Shown piece by piece: positions 19,303-28,848 of a DNA stretch of 64,000 nucleotides (within the stretch, counting starts at the first letter, position 1; the number at the start of each line of letters is the position of its first letter). Source of the DNA: a virus (lineage: Duplodnaviria > Heunggongvirae > Uroviricota > Caudoviricetes); the IMG/VR virus record IMGVR_UViG_3300027509_000001, positions 1 to 64,000 of that record; one strand, written 5' to 3'. The position numbers were made by a program, and so were the translations under genes. The notes under the pieces were generated by a model. That model was not told where the DNA came from. It made no database searches and was given only the letters and a program-made list of their open reading frames with translations.

Positions 19303-19421
19303 TATGCAATTATTTTAGGCTATTCATTTTTTTTAATTATAATTCTAGGGAAAACCAATATGTTAATATCATTCCTAATAAATAAACTCCTAAAATTAAT
19401 GTTTCTTTCATTTTGCCAGAT

Positions 19422-20378
19422 TTAATTATTCAATATCCAAATCCCTCCTCTCCTATTAAAAAATATCTTTGTTCCTTCTTCTAACCGATTCATATCTACT
19501 ACATTTCCAAGTAATGAGATATTTAAACTGCGAGAGATTTGTGCGGCATGGGCCATAGATCCTCCCCTATCAACTAAAATACCAGAATGTTTAACCAATA
19601 ACTTTATATCTTCGAAAGTAGTGTCGCGAGTACAATAAATACTATCATTCGAATGATTGTTGATATTCCATGTTATATGTCCTTGGCATGACAAGCTATT
19701 AGCAGGCGTTCCTATTAAATCTGGTTGTGTCCAATGAATGCCTAGCTGATCTACTGGTGTTAATTTTATTTCTCTTGCCTGCAATACCCATATTATCCCG
19801 TTGATGTCAATTGCTATTTCTAATTCAATAGATTTAATATTAAGTATTTTACAGGCACTTTCTAATATTGCAGATAATTCATTTTTAAATTTTGGTAAAA
19901 TATCCTGCCCCTCTGTTTCTCCGTTCATTAGTTCTATTCCAAATTTGTCTTTCGCTAGTTTACCATAAACCTCAGACTGGCCAGTAAGTGGATTAATATT
20001 TGACACAATTCCAGAATATCCAAATTTACAATTAATCATTTCCATAATCATTACGTCACATGTAAAATCTTCCAATGGATAATCTATTACTTCTAAATAG
20101 TCTAGAGTTCTTTTAAATTTCGAAGAATCGTGGACCTTTTTAACTGCTGCCGATAAGTTATTAAATTTAACGTTTAACATCGAATTCATGCGACCTGGCG
20201 TGCTAATATTGCCAGCTGAGCGTACGGCATATAATATATTTTTATCAAGGCCTAATCCATTAATTACTGCCTTTCTGTTTAGTATTTCATCATGCGTAAC
20301 CCAATGAAATTTTGGTACAATTCCAAAGAAATTTGAATTAATTAATGTAAGTAAATTTAATATTTTCTTTCCTTTCAT
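19422..20378 (-). CDS. PEP-utilising-enzyme-family phosphotransferase (PEP synthase / rifampin-phosphotransferase-like)
   Basis: N-terminal 'FGIVPKFHWVT' and 'AVRSAGNISTPG' (PPDK_N-like); C-terminal mobile domain 'VDRGGSMAHAAQISRSLNI' with the phospho-histidine motif. Confidence 0.5.
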   Translation of the reverse strand: MKGKKILNLLTLINSNFFGIVPKFHWVTHDEILNRKAVINGLGLDKNILYAVRSAGNISTPGRMNSMLNVKFNNLSAAVKKVHDSSKFKRTLDYLEVIDYPLEDFTCDVMIMEMINCKFGYSGIVSNINPLTGQSEVYGKLAKDKFGIELMNGETEGQDILPKFKNELSAILESACKILNIKSIELEIAIDINGIIWVLQAREIKLTPVDQLGIHWTQPDLIGTPANSLSCQGHITWNINNHSNDSIYCTRDTTFEDIKLLVKHSGILVDRGGSMAHAAQISRSLNISLLGNVVDMNRLEEGTKIFFNRRGGIWILNN

Positions 20379-21070
20379 AATTCTTCCTTATTATACTCTC
20401 CATTTTCAAAGTTTGTTTTACAATCCTCGTCTATATTGTCAGTTTTGAACCACTTAAAATTAAAAACAAATGTATTTGGATCTCCTTCATTGATAAGTGA
20501 CTTTTTATATTTTTTAATGAATTCAATTTGCTTATCAGTTAGTTTGTTTTCCCGTAGAATATTATATTCTTGAGTTTTAAAATCCCAGTCACTAATTTGG
20601 AATTTAAAATCGAATTCGCAATCACTAAAATATGCAGACGTTAATATTAACCAACCCCAATATTCAATTGCTTTTGAATTCCATTCCGGAGACTTTTTAA
20701 TTAAACTCCTTTCAATTAATTCGGCATCTAAATTATAATGTCCTTCCGGTGGACAGTCATAGAAATTACCGTCGGGATCAATTGCCCCTTGCATAGTATA
20801 ACCAGTGAATTCTGTTGTAGCAAAATTAGTATTGTCATATGTAATAGCATATACATAATCGTATTTCTCTACACTTCTTCGCTTCGATATATTTTTAAGT
20901 TCAAAAGAAGCATCTTCCAATGAAAACTTTTTTGGCATGTCGCTAGTTTCTTCTTCTAAAGTAAACTCAATAGCGGGACTGTCATGATAACTAGTATAAC
21001 AGTAGCCGCGGCGACGATCGATATCTATGTCATGATTTTCATACAAATATGAAATGATTCTATTATGCAT
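20375..21070 (-). CDS. hypothetical protein (middle gene of the PEP-enzyme/MTase cassette)
   Basis: 231 aa; 4-nt overlap with the upstream gene and 8-nt overlap with the downstream gene. Confidence 0.45.
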   Translation of the reverse strand: MHNRIISYLYENHDIDIDRRRGYCYTSYHDSPAIEFTLEEETSDMPKKFSLEDASFELKNISKRRSVEKYDYVYAITYDNTNFATTEFTGYTMQGAIDPDGNFYDCPPEGHYNLDAELIERSLIKKSPEWNSKAIEYWGWLILTSAYFSDCEFDFKFQISDWDFKTQEYNILRENKLTDKQIEFIKKYKKSLINEGDPNTFVFNFKWFKTDNIDEDCKTNFENGEYNKEEL

Positions 21071-21593
21071 CTATTAATATTTTTAATACCTTTTCTCCAT
21101 CGGCTGATGTGCCTAAGTGATTTAATTCTTCGTGCTTCCATTTCTTCTTAACTCTAGGAATTTCTGTTTCGAGATCTATGTTGTAATTCCTAGGCAATCC
21201 AATATATAAATGTTCCGTTTCGGAAGTTCCTAATTCAAATGCCCCGTCAACTAATGCTGGATGGTGGCATGGTCTTGCAAGTACAATGATAAATTTTTCT
21301 GGGTTTTTAGATAACAATGCATCTAATAGATAGTTAACATCTTTACTGTTTACTTCGTAGGGGAAGACATGAAGCGAATTTAAATTATACTCATATCTCA
21401 TTTTCATGAATGCAGTATAATCCATATATGGATCAATACCAATATAATTCTTAACACCAGCTTCAAAAAGTTTTTCAGCTAAATGGCCTGTACCACAACC
21501 AACTTCTATAATTGTTCTGCCAGCTGCATAATCTACTATCCATTCTACCATTTTATTATCTGGATTAAAGAATTTTGTATTTTGTATGTACAT
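21063..21593 (-). CDS. class I SAM-dependent methyltransferase
   Basis: Motif I 'IIEVGCGTGHLAEKL' and 'GIDPYMD'. Confidence 0.6.
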   Translation of the reverse strand: MYIQNTKFFNPDNKMVEWIVDYAAGRTIIEVGCGTGHLAEKLFEAGVKNYIGIDPYMDYTAFMKMRYEYNLNSLHVFPYEVNSKDVNYLLDALLSKNPEKFIIVLARPCHHPALVDGAFELGTSETEHLYIGLPRNYNIDLETEIPRVKKKWKHEELNHLGTSADGEKVLKILIDA

Positions 21594-21596
21594 TTC

Positions 21597-22130
21597 TTAA
21601 GATTTTAGTGTTTTATGAATTCTTACTTTTTGCATTTTCCTAGACATACCAAATATGTCTTCTATTTCTCGATTAGTAAGCGTAGATTTATTTTCACTTG
21701 GTTCTCCAGTTGACTCTTTTAAAAGATTGTTTTTAAGCATAAAAGCATATTTAGCGGTTTTTTTAACATGCTTCATTTCTGTTCGATAGGCTCTCAGCAA
21801 GAGGGTTGCTGCTTCTTTAAACTCTATCCATTTAATTAGAGAGGATTTAATTATAACTTTTCTTTTCTTAGGACGATAGGTCGTAGTATCTGTATTAAAG
21901 ATCTTTGCATTTAATGCGACTAGAATATCTAGTTCAGTGTTATCGTAATATCCAAAAATGTTTTCTTGGATTGCCTCACTTTCCATTATCTCTTCAATGC
22001 TAACGTTATATTTGGCTGCCAATTTGTCTAGCAGCATCTTAGCAGTCATTTTTTCAGATTCTGTGGATCCTCTTACGACTCTAGCATAAACCTTTTTAAG
22101 GGTTTCAATGTTTTTATCTCTTGTTGTCAT
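21597..22130 (-). CDS. hypothetical protein
   Basis: 177 aa; a promoter-like motif lies 10-40 nt upstream. Confidence 0.45.
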   Translation of the reverse strand: MTTRDKNIETLKKVYARVVRGSTESEKMTAKMLLDKLAAKYNVSIEEIMESEAIQENIFGYYDNTELDILVALNAKIFNTDTTTYRPKKRKVIIKSSLIKWIEFKEAATLLLRAYRTEMKHVKKTAKYAFMLKNNLLKESTGEPSENKSTLTNREIEDIFGMSRKMQKVRIHKTLKS

Positions 22131-22140
22131 AAATTGCTGT

Positions 22141-22170
22141 TTTTAATTACAATGTAAATATACACATAAT
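22141..22170 (-). promoter_or_regulatory. promoter-like motif copy (sense: GTGTATATTTACATTGTAATTAAAAACAG)
   Basis: Near-identical 30-mer at 40318-40347; similar copies at 12961-12990 and 1758-1795. Confidence 0.4.
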
Positions 22171-22203
22171 TTATGACAAGAAATGTTAAGAAAATGTTAA
22201 ATA

Positions 22204-22479
22204 TTAATTCTTAAGAATTATTTTAAGAGGACATTGCAAGTCTTTTATGTCTTTGTTAACATATTCAGACATTAATGTTGCGGCTTCATCCAATGAATCG
22301 TGGAGATATAGATTTTGCAAATACGTTTCCATTCTCCTGTTTGTTGGCATTGAGAATATAACGTCTATCTTTTCTCCAATGGAAAACATTTTTGTTACTG
22401 CTGCGGTTCCAACTGTTTTATAGCCAGAATCTTCGCTAGCGTCTTTCCTGTAGACAGGAATTATCGTAGTGTTATACAT
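22204..22479 (-). CDS. hypothetical protein
   Basis: 91-aa ORF. Confidence 0.4.
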   Translation of the reverse strand: MYNTTIIPVYRKDASEDSGYKTVGTAAVTKMFSIGEKIDVIFSMPTNRRMETYLQNLYLHDSLDEAATLMSEYVNKDIKDLQCPLKIILKN

Positions 22480-22496
22480 AGTTAAGTTATTTTGTT

Positions 22497-22688
22497 TTAT
22501 GCTTCGCCGCCTGGTGCCATTGGTATTATGACTTCTTCATCTTGAGGTGGAAGTGGAGTAATAGAACCTACATCATATGCGTCGTATTTTGGATTCAAGG
22601 AATCTAGTACCAATCTAAGCTCTTCAATTCTAATTGGTATAAAGAAATATATTTCTCTAGTATCTTCGTTAATTAAATATTTTGCCAT
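22497..22688 (-). CDS. hypothetical protein
   Basis: 63-aa ORF. Confidence 0.35.
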   Translation of the reverse strand: MAKYLINEDTREIYFFIPIRIEELRLVLDSLNPKYDAYDVGSITPLPPQDEEVIIPMAPGGEA

Positions 22689-22692
22689 TATT

Positions 22693-22995
22693 TTAGTTTG
22701 AATTTAAAGACATTTGAACAGCTTCTAGATAATCTCTTGCTGCAAATTCATGTTGCTGTTCCCATGTCATAGTATCATATCCCGGAATTGACGAACTGAG
22801 CATATTAAATTCATTATAAAACCCACAGCCATTATATCCCGATTTTGCCTTTGCTTCTGTACCATACAATAATATTCTCTTCTTTACTTTTCCACTTTCC
22901 AAATCTTCGATTGATTCCAACTGCCTATTTCTAGTTTGGCCACATGCTATCCATTTCCTATTTTTAGACATGATAGCCCATTGAGTTAACTTCAT
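22693..22995 (-). CDS. hypothetical protein
   Basis: 100-aa ORF. Confidence 0.4.
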   Translation of the reverse strand: MKLTQWAIMSKNRKWIACGQTRNRQLESIEDLESGKVKKRILLYGTEAKAKSGYNGCGFYNEFNMLSSSIPGYDTMTWEQQHEFAARDYLEAVQMSLNSN

Positions 22996-23489
22996 TATTC
23001 TTCCTCTTCGTTATTTAATTTATTTACTGCGGCTTTCTTTTGTTTAATAGTCTCATTTAAATGCCCTATTGCTGTTTCTTCTCCTTCTACTAAAGCCGTT
23101 CTATATATCATTGACCAAAGTATACCCTTATGTTTTTCGTCTTGATTAGGACTTAGCCTAGCAGATTCTGCCCAAAACTCATTAAATGCAATAGCTAATT
23201 TTCCAAACGACAATCTTTTCTTTTCTGCTGCAATTAAATTCTTGATATGCAATAATGCAGTCTTAAATCCTTGTCTGGCATTTATTACTTGAATGCGATT
23301 CACGACATTTGATTTATACGATTTCATTACTACCTTTTCTGGATCTATCATTGGATGGTTAGTGATAGACAGCTGAAGATATGTGGTAATTTTACTTAAT
23401 ATTGACTTAGATAATTTCTTATTATATTTCTTTTGCATGAACTTTATTTTGTAGGAAAATGCAGGCGAATCAACACCTGCAAATTTCAA
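22995..23489 (-). CDS. hypothetical protein
   Basis: 164-aa ORF. Confidence 0.45.
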   Translation of the reverse strand: MKFAGVDSPAFSYKIKFMQKKYNKKLSKSILSKITTYLQLSITNHPMIDPEKVVMKSYKSNVVNRIQVINARQGFKTALLHIKNLIAAEKKRLSFGKLAIAFNEFWAESARLSPNQDEKHKGILWSMIYRTALVEGEETAIGHLNETIKQKKAAVNKLNNEEEE

Positions 23490-23496
23490 TTGGTTT

Positions 23497-23820
23497 CTAG
23501 TCTTCTATTTGAAGTGGAGTCGAAGCTTCTCTTTCAGCCCTTAATTGTTCTTGCATATTTTCATAAGCCCTTTTGCAATTGCCAGCAGTTGAATACCAAT
23601 CACTGGACAATAATATGTGCCCTTGGCTAGAAACAACTTGAATTCGTTGGCCTGATTCTCCTATTTGCAAAGATTTTGTTGATGCCAACATCGCGAATTT
23701 TGCTTTTCTTGCTGCCCTAGATGCATTGCCTTTTGTCGTATAATACATACTTGATAGTAATGGCCTGCCAGATTCAGATCTTAGAGAAAATGTGTTGTTG
23801 TTTTTAACTGTTAATTTCAT
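23497..23820 (-). CDS. YegP/DUF1508-like tandem-repeat protein
   Basis: Two repeats: 'SGRPLLSSMYYTTKGNASRAARKAKF' and 'SGQRIQVVSSQGHILLSSDWYSTAGNCKRAYENMQ'. Confidence 0.5.
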   Translation of the reverse strand: MKLTVKNNNTFSLRSESGRPLLSSMYYTTKGNASRAARKAKFAMLASTKSLQIGESGQRIQVVSSQGHILLSSDWYSTAGNCKRAYENMQEQLRAEREASTPLQIED

Positions 23821-23875
23821 AATTATTTATGTTAAGATTAATGATTTGAACTTGATTTTATAGTTGACAAGTTCT

Positions 23876-24562
23876 TTATTTATTTTTTTGTAGTTTCTTT
23901 TGAATAGAGCATGTTTTAATTGCCAATGATTCATTATCAGTTTCCAATATCCTATTAAACCAATCCATTCGAGTGGCATGATTTGTCGTCCAAAATGTAT
24001 TACCAGCGGCTTTTCCTTGCTGCACCAAATATTTCTTTTCAGTTTCTGGCTGCTCCCATGGAGCATTTTTATGATTTGGAGTAATAAAGATCTTAAATCC
24101 TTCGATGAAAGGATCTATTCTAGTAGATTTAATCCTAGCCTGAGACATATATGATTCAATAGTTTGCCGATTAGAATGCATTGGCATTTGAGATAGTCCA
24201 TAATTCACTCCATTTGCAATAACATATTCAGTAAACATCGTTGTTCGTTGAACATATAACGATTTATCTGTATTCTGTGGATTGATTCTATCATGTACTT
24301 CTAGAAGTGAAATTGTTGGTATATTATCTTCCGAATTTAATATTGGTCGAATATCCTTTATGCTCACGACTCCTTTTATGGATCTTTGAAATTCTATTTC
24401 TACCAATTCATCTTTTTCAAAATCCTTAGAATCATAATAATATTCTTTAACAGGAACCGTTGGATCATCTGTTAAACATCTTAAATTCTTTAATCGAGTG
24501 TTTATAAAAGGCCTAATTGCCGGATCCGTAAACAAACTATCATTAATTCGTACTATTGCCAT
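23876..24562 (-). CDS. hypothetical protein
   Basis: 228 aa; preceded by the 'TTAAATATACGTAAAA' motif. Confidence 0.45.
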   Translation of the reverse strand: MAIVRINDSLFTDPAIRPFINTRLKNLRCLTDDPTVPVKEYYYDSKDFEKDELVEIEFQRSIKGVVSIKDIRPILNSEDNIPTISLLEVHDRINPQNTDKSLYVQRTTMFTEYVIANGVNYGLSQMPMHSNRQTIESYMSQARIKSTRIDPFIEGFKIFITPNHKNAPWEQPETEKKYLVQQGKAAGNTFWTTNHATRMDWFNRILETDNESLAIKTCSIQKKLQKNK

Positions 24563-24572
24563 TTTTATTTTT

Positions 24573-24592
24573 TTAAATATACGTAAAAATAT
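24573..24592 (-). promoter_or_regulatory. promoter-like motif B (sense: ..TTTTACGTATATTTAA..)
   Basis: Identical 18-mer at 56878-56897 upstream of the sliding-clamp gene; shares the core GTATATTTA with motif A. Confidence 0.35.
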
Positions 24593-24606
24593 TGAATTAT
24601 CCTAAT

Positions 24607-24915
24607 TTAATTGGAACTATTTTGATATAAATGCATAACATATTTTTTCTTATTAACGTCAGTAAGTTGCATATATTCTTTTTGAGTTACATAATTTATT
24701 CTTTCTAAATAAACAGGTCCTTTTCTTTGCCTTAAGATCATAGTTCCCATACAATGTAAACGAAAACAATCTGGGCATGGGTTTCGTAACCTAGCATTGT
24801 TTTCACATTTTATGTGGCCGCAAGATTCTCCATTTCTATAGAAAGAGATTATCCGGCCTGTTGCTCCAAATTTAATTAAGTCCGGTCTTTCTACTTTTGG
24901 TTTTTCTTTAGCCAT
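24607..24915 (-). CDS. zinc-finger protein
   Basis: Cys/His cluster 'CGHIKCENN..CPDCFRLHC'. Confidence 0.4.
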   Translation of the reverse strand: MAKEKPKVERPDLIKFGATGRIISFYRNGESCGHIKCENNARLRNPCPDCFRLHCMGTMILRQRKGPVYLERINYVTQKEYMQLTDVNKKKYVMHLYQNSSN

Positions 24916-25261
24916 GAAAGTTTTTTACACGAGTTGTAATATCAAATTTCTTGCAGGCCTTTAATATTGGGGTTAATGGCTTTGAAACATCATTAAATAC
25001 CAGTGCAATGTCTGCATTTAATATCGAATGCAATTTGTCTATTTCTCGGTCAATTGCCATATTCTTTTCCTTTGCGTATAATCTAATCATTGCAGCAGAA
25101 GGATCATCTTCGTGATATAATAATTTTATATACTGCATATCCATATCTCTCATTATTAAATCGCAATAATCAATTAGAGTTTCATACGAAGGTAATATAC
25201 TATTTGATGCAATAAGTACATTAATTTCAATGCTATTTAAAAGTTCTTTAGACTTTTTCAT
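24908..25261 (-). CDS. hypothetical protein
   Basis: 117-aa ORF. Confidence 0.4.
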   Translation of the reverse strand: MKKSKELLNSIEINVLIASNSILPSYETLIDYCDLIMRDMDMQYIKLLYHEDDPSAAMIRLYAKEKNMAIDREIDKLHSILNADIALVFNDVSKPLTPILKACKKFDITTRVKNFHG

Positions 25262-26594
25262 GTTTTTCAGTTATCGATTTATAAATCTTTCGTATGCTTT
25301 CGTTAAATGTATTCGAATTAATGCATACTTGTTCTATTTTTGCCATGCTTAATTTAGGCACTACGGATAACGAAGGTATGCGGTTGGGCATTCCAACTCC
25401 ATCGAAGAAGTGTTTGACGTATTCTATTATTAAATCCCATGATGGTAAATCTACTTGTAAATCCAAATTAATTCTTCCATCTCTATATAGTGCGCCATCT
25501 AATGTCTCAGGCTTATTTGTAGTTAATACAAAAATGACATTTTCTGGGCTATTCATACCATCCATTACTTGCAAGACGGTTGAGAAACTGACAAATGTTT
25601 TATCATTTGCTCCGCCACCTCTGCTTTTAGAATTTCCTAAATAGTCATCAATATCTTCAAACGCAATTATAGTATTAGATGGTATTTCTTTTATATAATT
25701 AACAAATTCACTATCAGTTGAAAAATTTGAAAGATTAATAGGTGCAACATTCATAGAAAATTCATGCGCTAATGCCATTATAATGCTTGTTTTACCTGTT
25801 CCAGGTGGCCCATAAAGCCGTATGCCAGTTTTATGTTTTATACCCTTAGAACGACAATGGTCGCGTTTAGAATTATGTATTTTAACATATTCAATTAACT
25901 CTTGTTTTCTATCAAAGAATAAATCTTTAAACTGTTTATAACATGTTACTTGAGTCGTTTCGATTTTCTCATATGCCGATTTACTTAAATTGTAAATTTT
26001 AATACCAGTTTCAGTTAAAGTTCTAGCATTGACTTCGTTTTTAATTCCTATTAACATTTTATCAATTGCCTTTCTAGCAAAAAATCCAGATATTCGATAT
26101 TCATTATAAAATAAATTTGAAATATTGTTGGCGTTTTCAAGTCGAATTCTATGTTTCCTTACGAATAATATCCTCCAAGATTTTACAATAAAATTAATAT
26201 CTTCTTCTTGATATTTCTCTAAATGATACTTAGTTCTGTTTAAGACTTCATCGTATTTTCCTGGCATGTACATTTGTACTCGCCTATAATTTTCTGGATA
26301 TTTATTTCTATACCAATTATTAAATTCTTCGTATAGCTGACCATCCATCTGCTGATCAATTAATGTTTCGTATATTAGAAATTTTCTAATCCAAGACCAA
26401 AAGGCTAATGGCCAATGCTTTAATTGAAATCCTACCCATGCTAATATAGATAATACCATTCCGCCTTGAAAAAATTCATTATTTTGTAAAGTTTCTATTA
26501 GATATCCTTTAATAGATTCTTTTGAAAGGTCTGGTATTATTTGAGAATTTAATGTATCTACAACTATATCTACTTGGCTACTATCTAACATCAT
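25248..26594 (-). CDS. AAA+ ATPase (BCS1-like architecture)
   Basis: Walker A 'LYGPPGTGKTS', Walker B 'IIAFEDID', sensor region; AAA module with a ~230-aa N-terminal extension. Confidence 0.6.
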   Translation of the reverse strand: MMLDSSQVDIVVDTLNSQIIPDLSKESIKGYLIETLQNNEFFQGGMVLSILAWVGFQLKHWPLAFWSWIRKFLIYETLIDQQMDGQLYEEFNNWYRNKYPENYRRVQMYMPGKYDEVLNRTKYHLEKYQEEDINFIVKSWRILFVRKHRIRLENANNISNLFYNEYRISGFFARKAIDKMLIGIKNEVNARTLTETGIKIYNLSKSAYEKIETTQVTCYKQFKDLFFDRKQELIEYVKIHNSKRDHCRSKGIKHKTGIRLYGPPGTGKTSIIMALAHEFSMNVAPINLSNFSTDSEFVNYIKEIPSNTIIAFEDIDDYLGNSKSRGGGANDKTFVSFSTVLQVMDGMNSPENVIFVLTTNKPETLDGALYRDGRINLDLQVDLPSWDLIIEYVKHFFDGVGMPNRIPSLSVVPKLSMAKIEQVCINSNTFNESIRKIYKSITEKHEKV

Positions 26595-26707
26595 ATCTCT
26601 ATTAAGTTTTCGTTCAAAAGTAAGTTAATAATTAATTCCGGATTTAACGGCTGCTTTACGGGATAAGTACTTAATTAATACCTTGCCTCCTGAATTACAC
26701 GATATCT

Positions 26708-27526
26708 TTACTTAAGGCCCTTGATCACCGACGTTCCGCTGCCAAATACATTATTTTCTCCAAACGGTGAATTTCCATGCTTTAAGAAACCATCCCACAT
26801 TTTATCTTGGATCTCTATTTCCTTCAATTTTAACATGGCAGGCTGTGATAATATTGCCTTTGTCTTAGCAGTATTTTGAGCTGTCTGCAATGCATAATCA
26901 GATTCTGCTAATAACGCCTTTCCAATATTTTCTTTTTCCAGTTTCATTTTTTCAGACAAATTGTTCTTTTCATCCTGAACTTTTGCTGCTATGATTTGTT
27001 GGCTAATCTTGTCTGGTAAATCAACGTCTAGGATCTGAACACGAGTAACATTTACAAACAACGTACTCATGTCTTCCTTTAATCCAGCTAATAGACTACT
27101 TTCAGCTTCTGGTCGTTTTGTTCTATTAAGCTCCAATGCTTGATGTTTTGCTGCTTCAGTTCGAACTGCTGCTTGAAATAGTGGTCCCATTTTGGATTCT
27201 CTATAATCTGGACCCACACCAGTATGAAGTTTGTTTACTGACAATGGCATTGGTTGATAATACATTGTAACTTTCAATTCAGTATCTAATCCATCGTAAT
27301 CTAAGTATTCTCCGGAAATCGTCATGGCTTGCTCTCTTACGTCGTATTCAATAAGGTCTGCACCAAACCACAATGCCGCAGCGAACGCCATTCCTTCGTC
27401 ATATACCTTAGACATGTCTGTTTTTCCTCCCCAATCTACATAAACGCCTTTATGACCAGAGTCTACTCCTTGGCAAGATGTTAATAACGCAACTATAAAT
27501 AATATAAAAATATTCTTGAATTTCAT
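26708..27526 (-). CDS. lipoprotein, possible SPFH/band-7-like
   Basis: Lipobox 'ALLTSCQG'; coiled-coil region rich in A/Q/K. Confidence 0.4.
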   Translation of the reverse strand: MKFKNIFILFIVALLTSCQGVDSGHKGVYVDWGGKTDMSKVYDEGMAFAAALWFGADLIEYDVREQAMTISGEYLDYDGLDTELKVTMYYQPMPLSVNKLHTGVGPDYRESKMGPLFQAAVRTEAAKHQALELNRTKRPEAESSLLAGLKEDMSTLFVNVTRVQILDVDLPDKISQQIIAAKVQDEKNNLSEKMKLEKENIGKALLAESDYALQTAQNTAKTKAILSQPAMLKLKEIEIQDKMWDGFLKHGNSPFGENNVFGSGTSVIKGLK

Positions 27527-27545
27527 TTTTTAAATTTATAAATGT

Positions 27546-27665
27546 CTAGACAAAATTGTCAAAATTGTTTCTTTTGTTTCTTCTATCGCTAACAATCCAT
27601 CTCCAGATTGCTATGGCCGTAAATAATAATACGGCGATTGGTACAAATACTATTAATTTTCCCAT
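27546..27665 (-). CDS. small single-pass membrane protein (39 aa)
   Basis: MGKLIVFVPIAVLLFTAIAIWRWIVSDRRNK..; below the ORF-track size cut-off. Confidence 0.3.
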   Translation of the reverse strand: MGKLIVFVPIAVLLFTAIAIWRWIVSDRRNKRNNFDNFV

Positions 27666-27667
27666 GT

Positions 27668-27805
27668 TTAAAATTTTTGTAATAAAGTTAATAATAAAAT
27701 GGCACATAACAAAATTAAAAGCCATTTATTTTGATTAGGATTTGGTTTAAATGGATTAGGTAAAAATATTGGACTGAATAACTTCTTTCTTTTTAATGTT
27801 AACAT
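27668..27805 (-). CDS. small membrane protein (45 aa)
   Basis: MLTLKRKKLF...WLLILLCAILLLTLLQKF; possible holin-like. Confidence 0.3.
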   Translation of the reverse strand: MLTLKRKKLFSPIFLPNPFKPNPNQNKWLLILLCAILLLTLLQKF

Positions 27806-28236
27806 TAATATATTGGTTTAAAATAAGCCCTTTCAGAATATATCGCTGAAACTACTGACCAAACTTTCCTTGCTATTTCCGAAGAAGTTTTTTCAAATAA
27901 ATCTTCTGGTATATTACTTGCTACCGCGATTGCCAATTGATCTTTTAATTGCATAGTATAATTTGCAGTATCAATTTCTAATAGATGCTCTTCTGATTTT
28001 AATAGTGATGAAGCGTCCTTTTCTATGACATTCGAATTCTTTGTAGTTTCCAATTCCTCCAATAAAGAATGATCTCTATTAAAATCAGATAATGCCATTC
28101 TTTCTTTATGCCCAGAATCTACGTATTCATAATGAATACTAGTAGCAGTTATTTCTAACACCTTCAATTTAGCAATCGAGTTACTGAGCATTTTATGCTG
28201 TTTTACTATATAACTGAAATTTTCTTTAGCTTCCAT
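27805..28236 (-). CDS. hypothetical protein
   Basis: 143-aa ORF. Confidence 0.45.
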   Translation of the reverse strand: MEAKENFSYIVKQHKMLSNSIAKLKVLEITATSIHYEYVDSGHKERMALSDFNRDHSLLEELETTKNSNVIEKDASSLLKSEEHLLEIDTANYTMQLKDQLAIAVASNIPEDLFEKTSSEIARKVWSVVSAIYSERAYFKPIY

Positions 28237-28242
28237 TTTATT

Positions 28243-28848
28243 TTATTTAGCAAATAACAAAGTTGGTGAATTTTTATGAACCGTTGTAGAAAATTGTAAC
28301 CGAAAATTCTGTAAATTAAATGGTTCTGAAATAATATGATATCCATTTTTTGTATAATAATGCCCTAAGATAGAATAATTGTTTGACATTGATTTATGCT
28401 CATAATTTATACAATCTATATGTTCAGCTATTAATTCTTCTTCAGTGCCATATGAATTTTCATCAAAATCAATGTCTACTACCCATCTTTTTACCTCTTG
28501 ATCATTATAACTTCCAACTGTTTTCTGAAATAATACTGGCAGAGAATTATACTGATTGTTAATTAATAATTCTGTTAATTTCTTCATACACCTTAATCCC
28601 ATTTTATCCATTCTCCTCTTATTCAGATTGATATATATTCTAGCATTATGGTCCGAAGCATAAGCAATCCACCTTTCAATATTATCTAATAAATATTGCC
28701 TTGAAGATATATATTTCTCCTTTAATATTGAAGCAGATTTTTTGTTTCCATCCTTTCTCCTTTGAATGATCTGCAAAATATAAAAATCATAAGCGGATGT
28801 AAATTCTAATAATCGAATAATATTTTCAGTGTTATTAATTTCATTCAT
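28243..28848 (-). CDS. hypothetical protein
   Basis: 201-aa ORF. Confidence 0.45.
   Translation of the reverse strand: MNEINNTENIIRLLEFTSAYDFYILQIIQRRKDGNKKSASILKEKYISSRQYLLDNIERWIAYASDHNARIYINLNKRRMDKMGLRCMKKLTELLINNQYNSLPVLFQKTVGSYNDQEVKRWVVDIDFDENSYGTEEELIAEHIDCINYEHKSMSNNYSILGHYYTKNGYHIISEPFNLQNFRLQFSTTVHKNSPTLLFAK

Noticed and set aside
25294-25644. + strand 116-aa ORF
   Set aside because: Antisense to the AAA+ ATPase gene.
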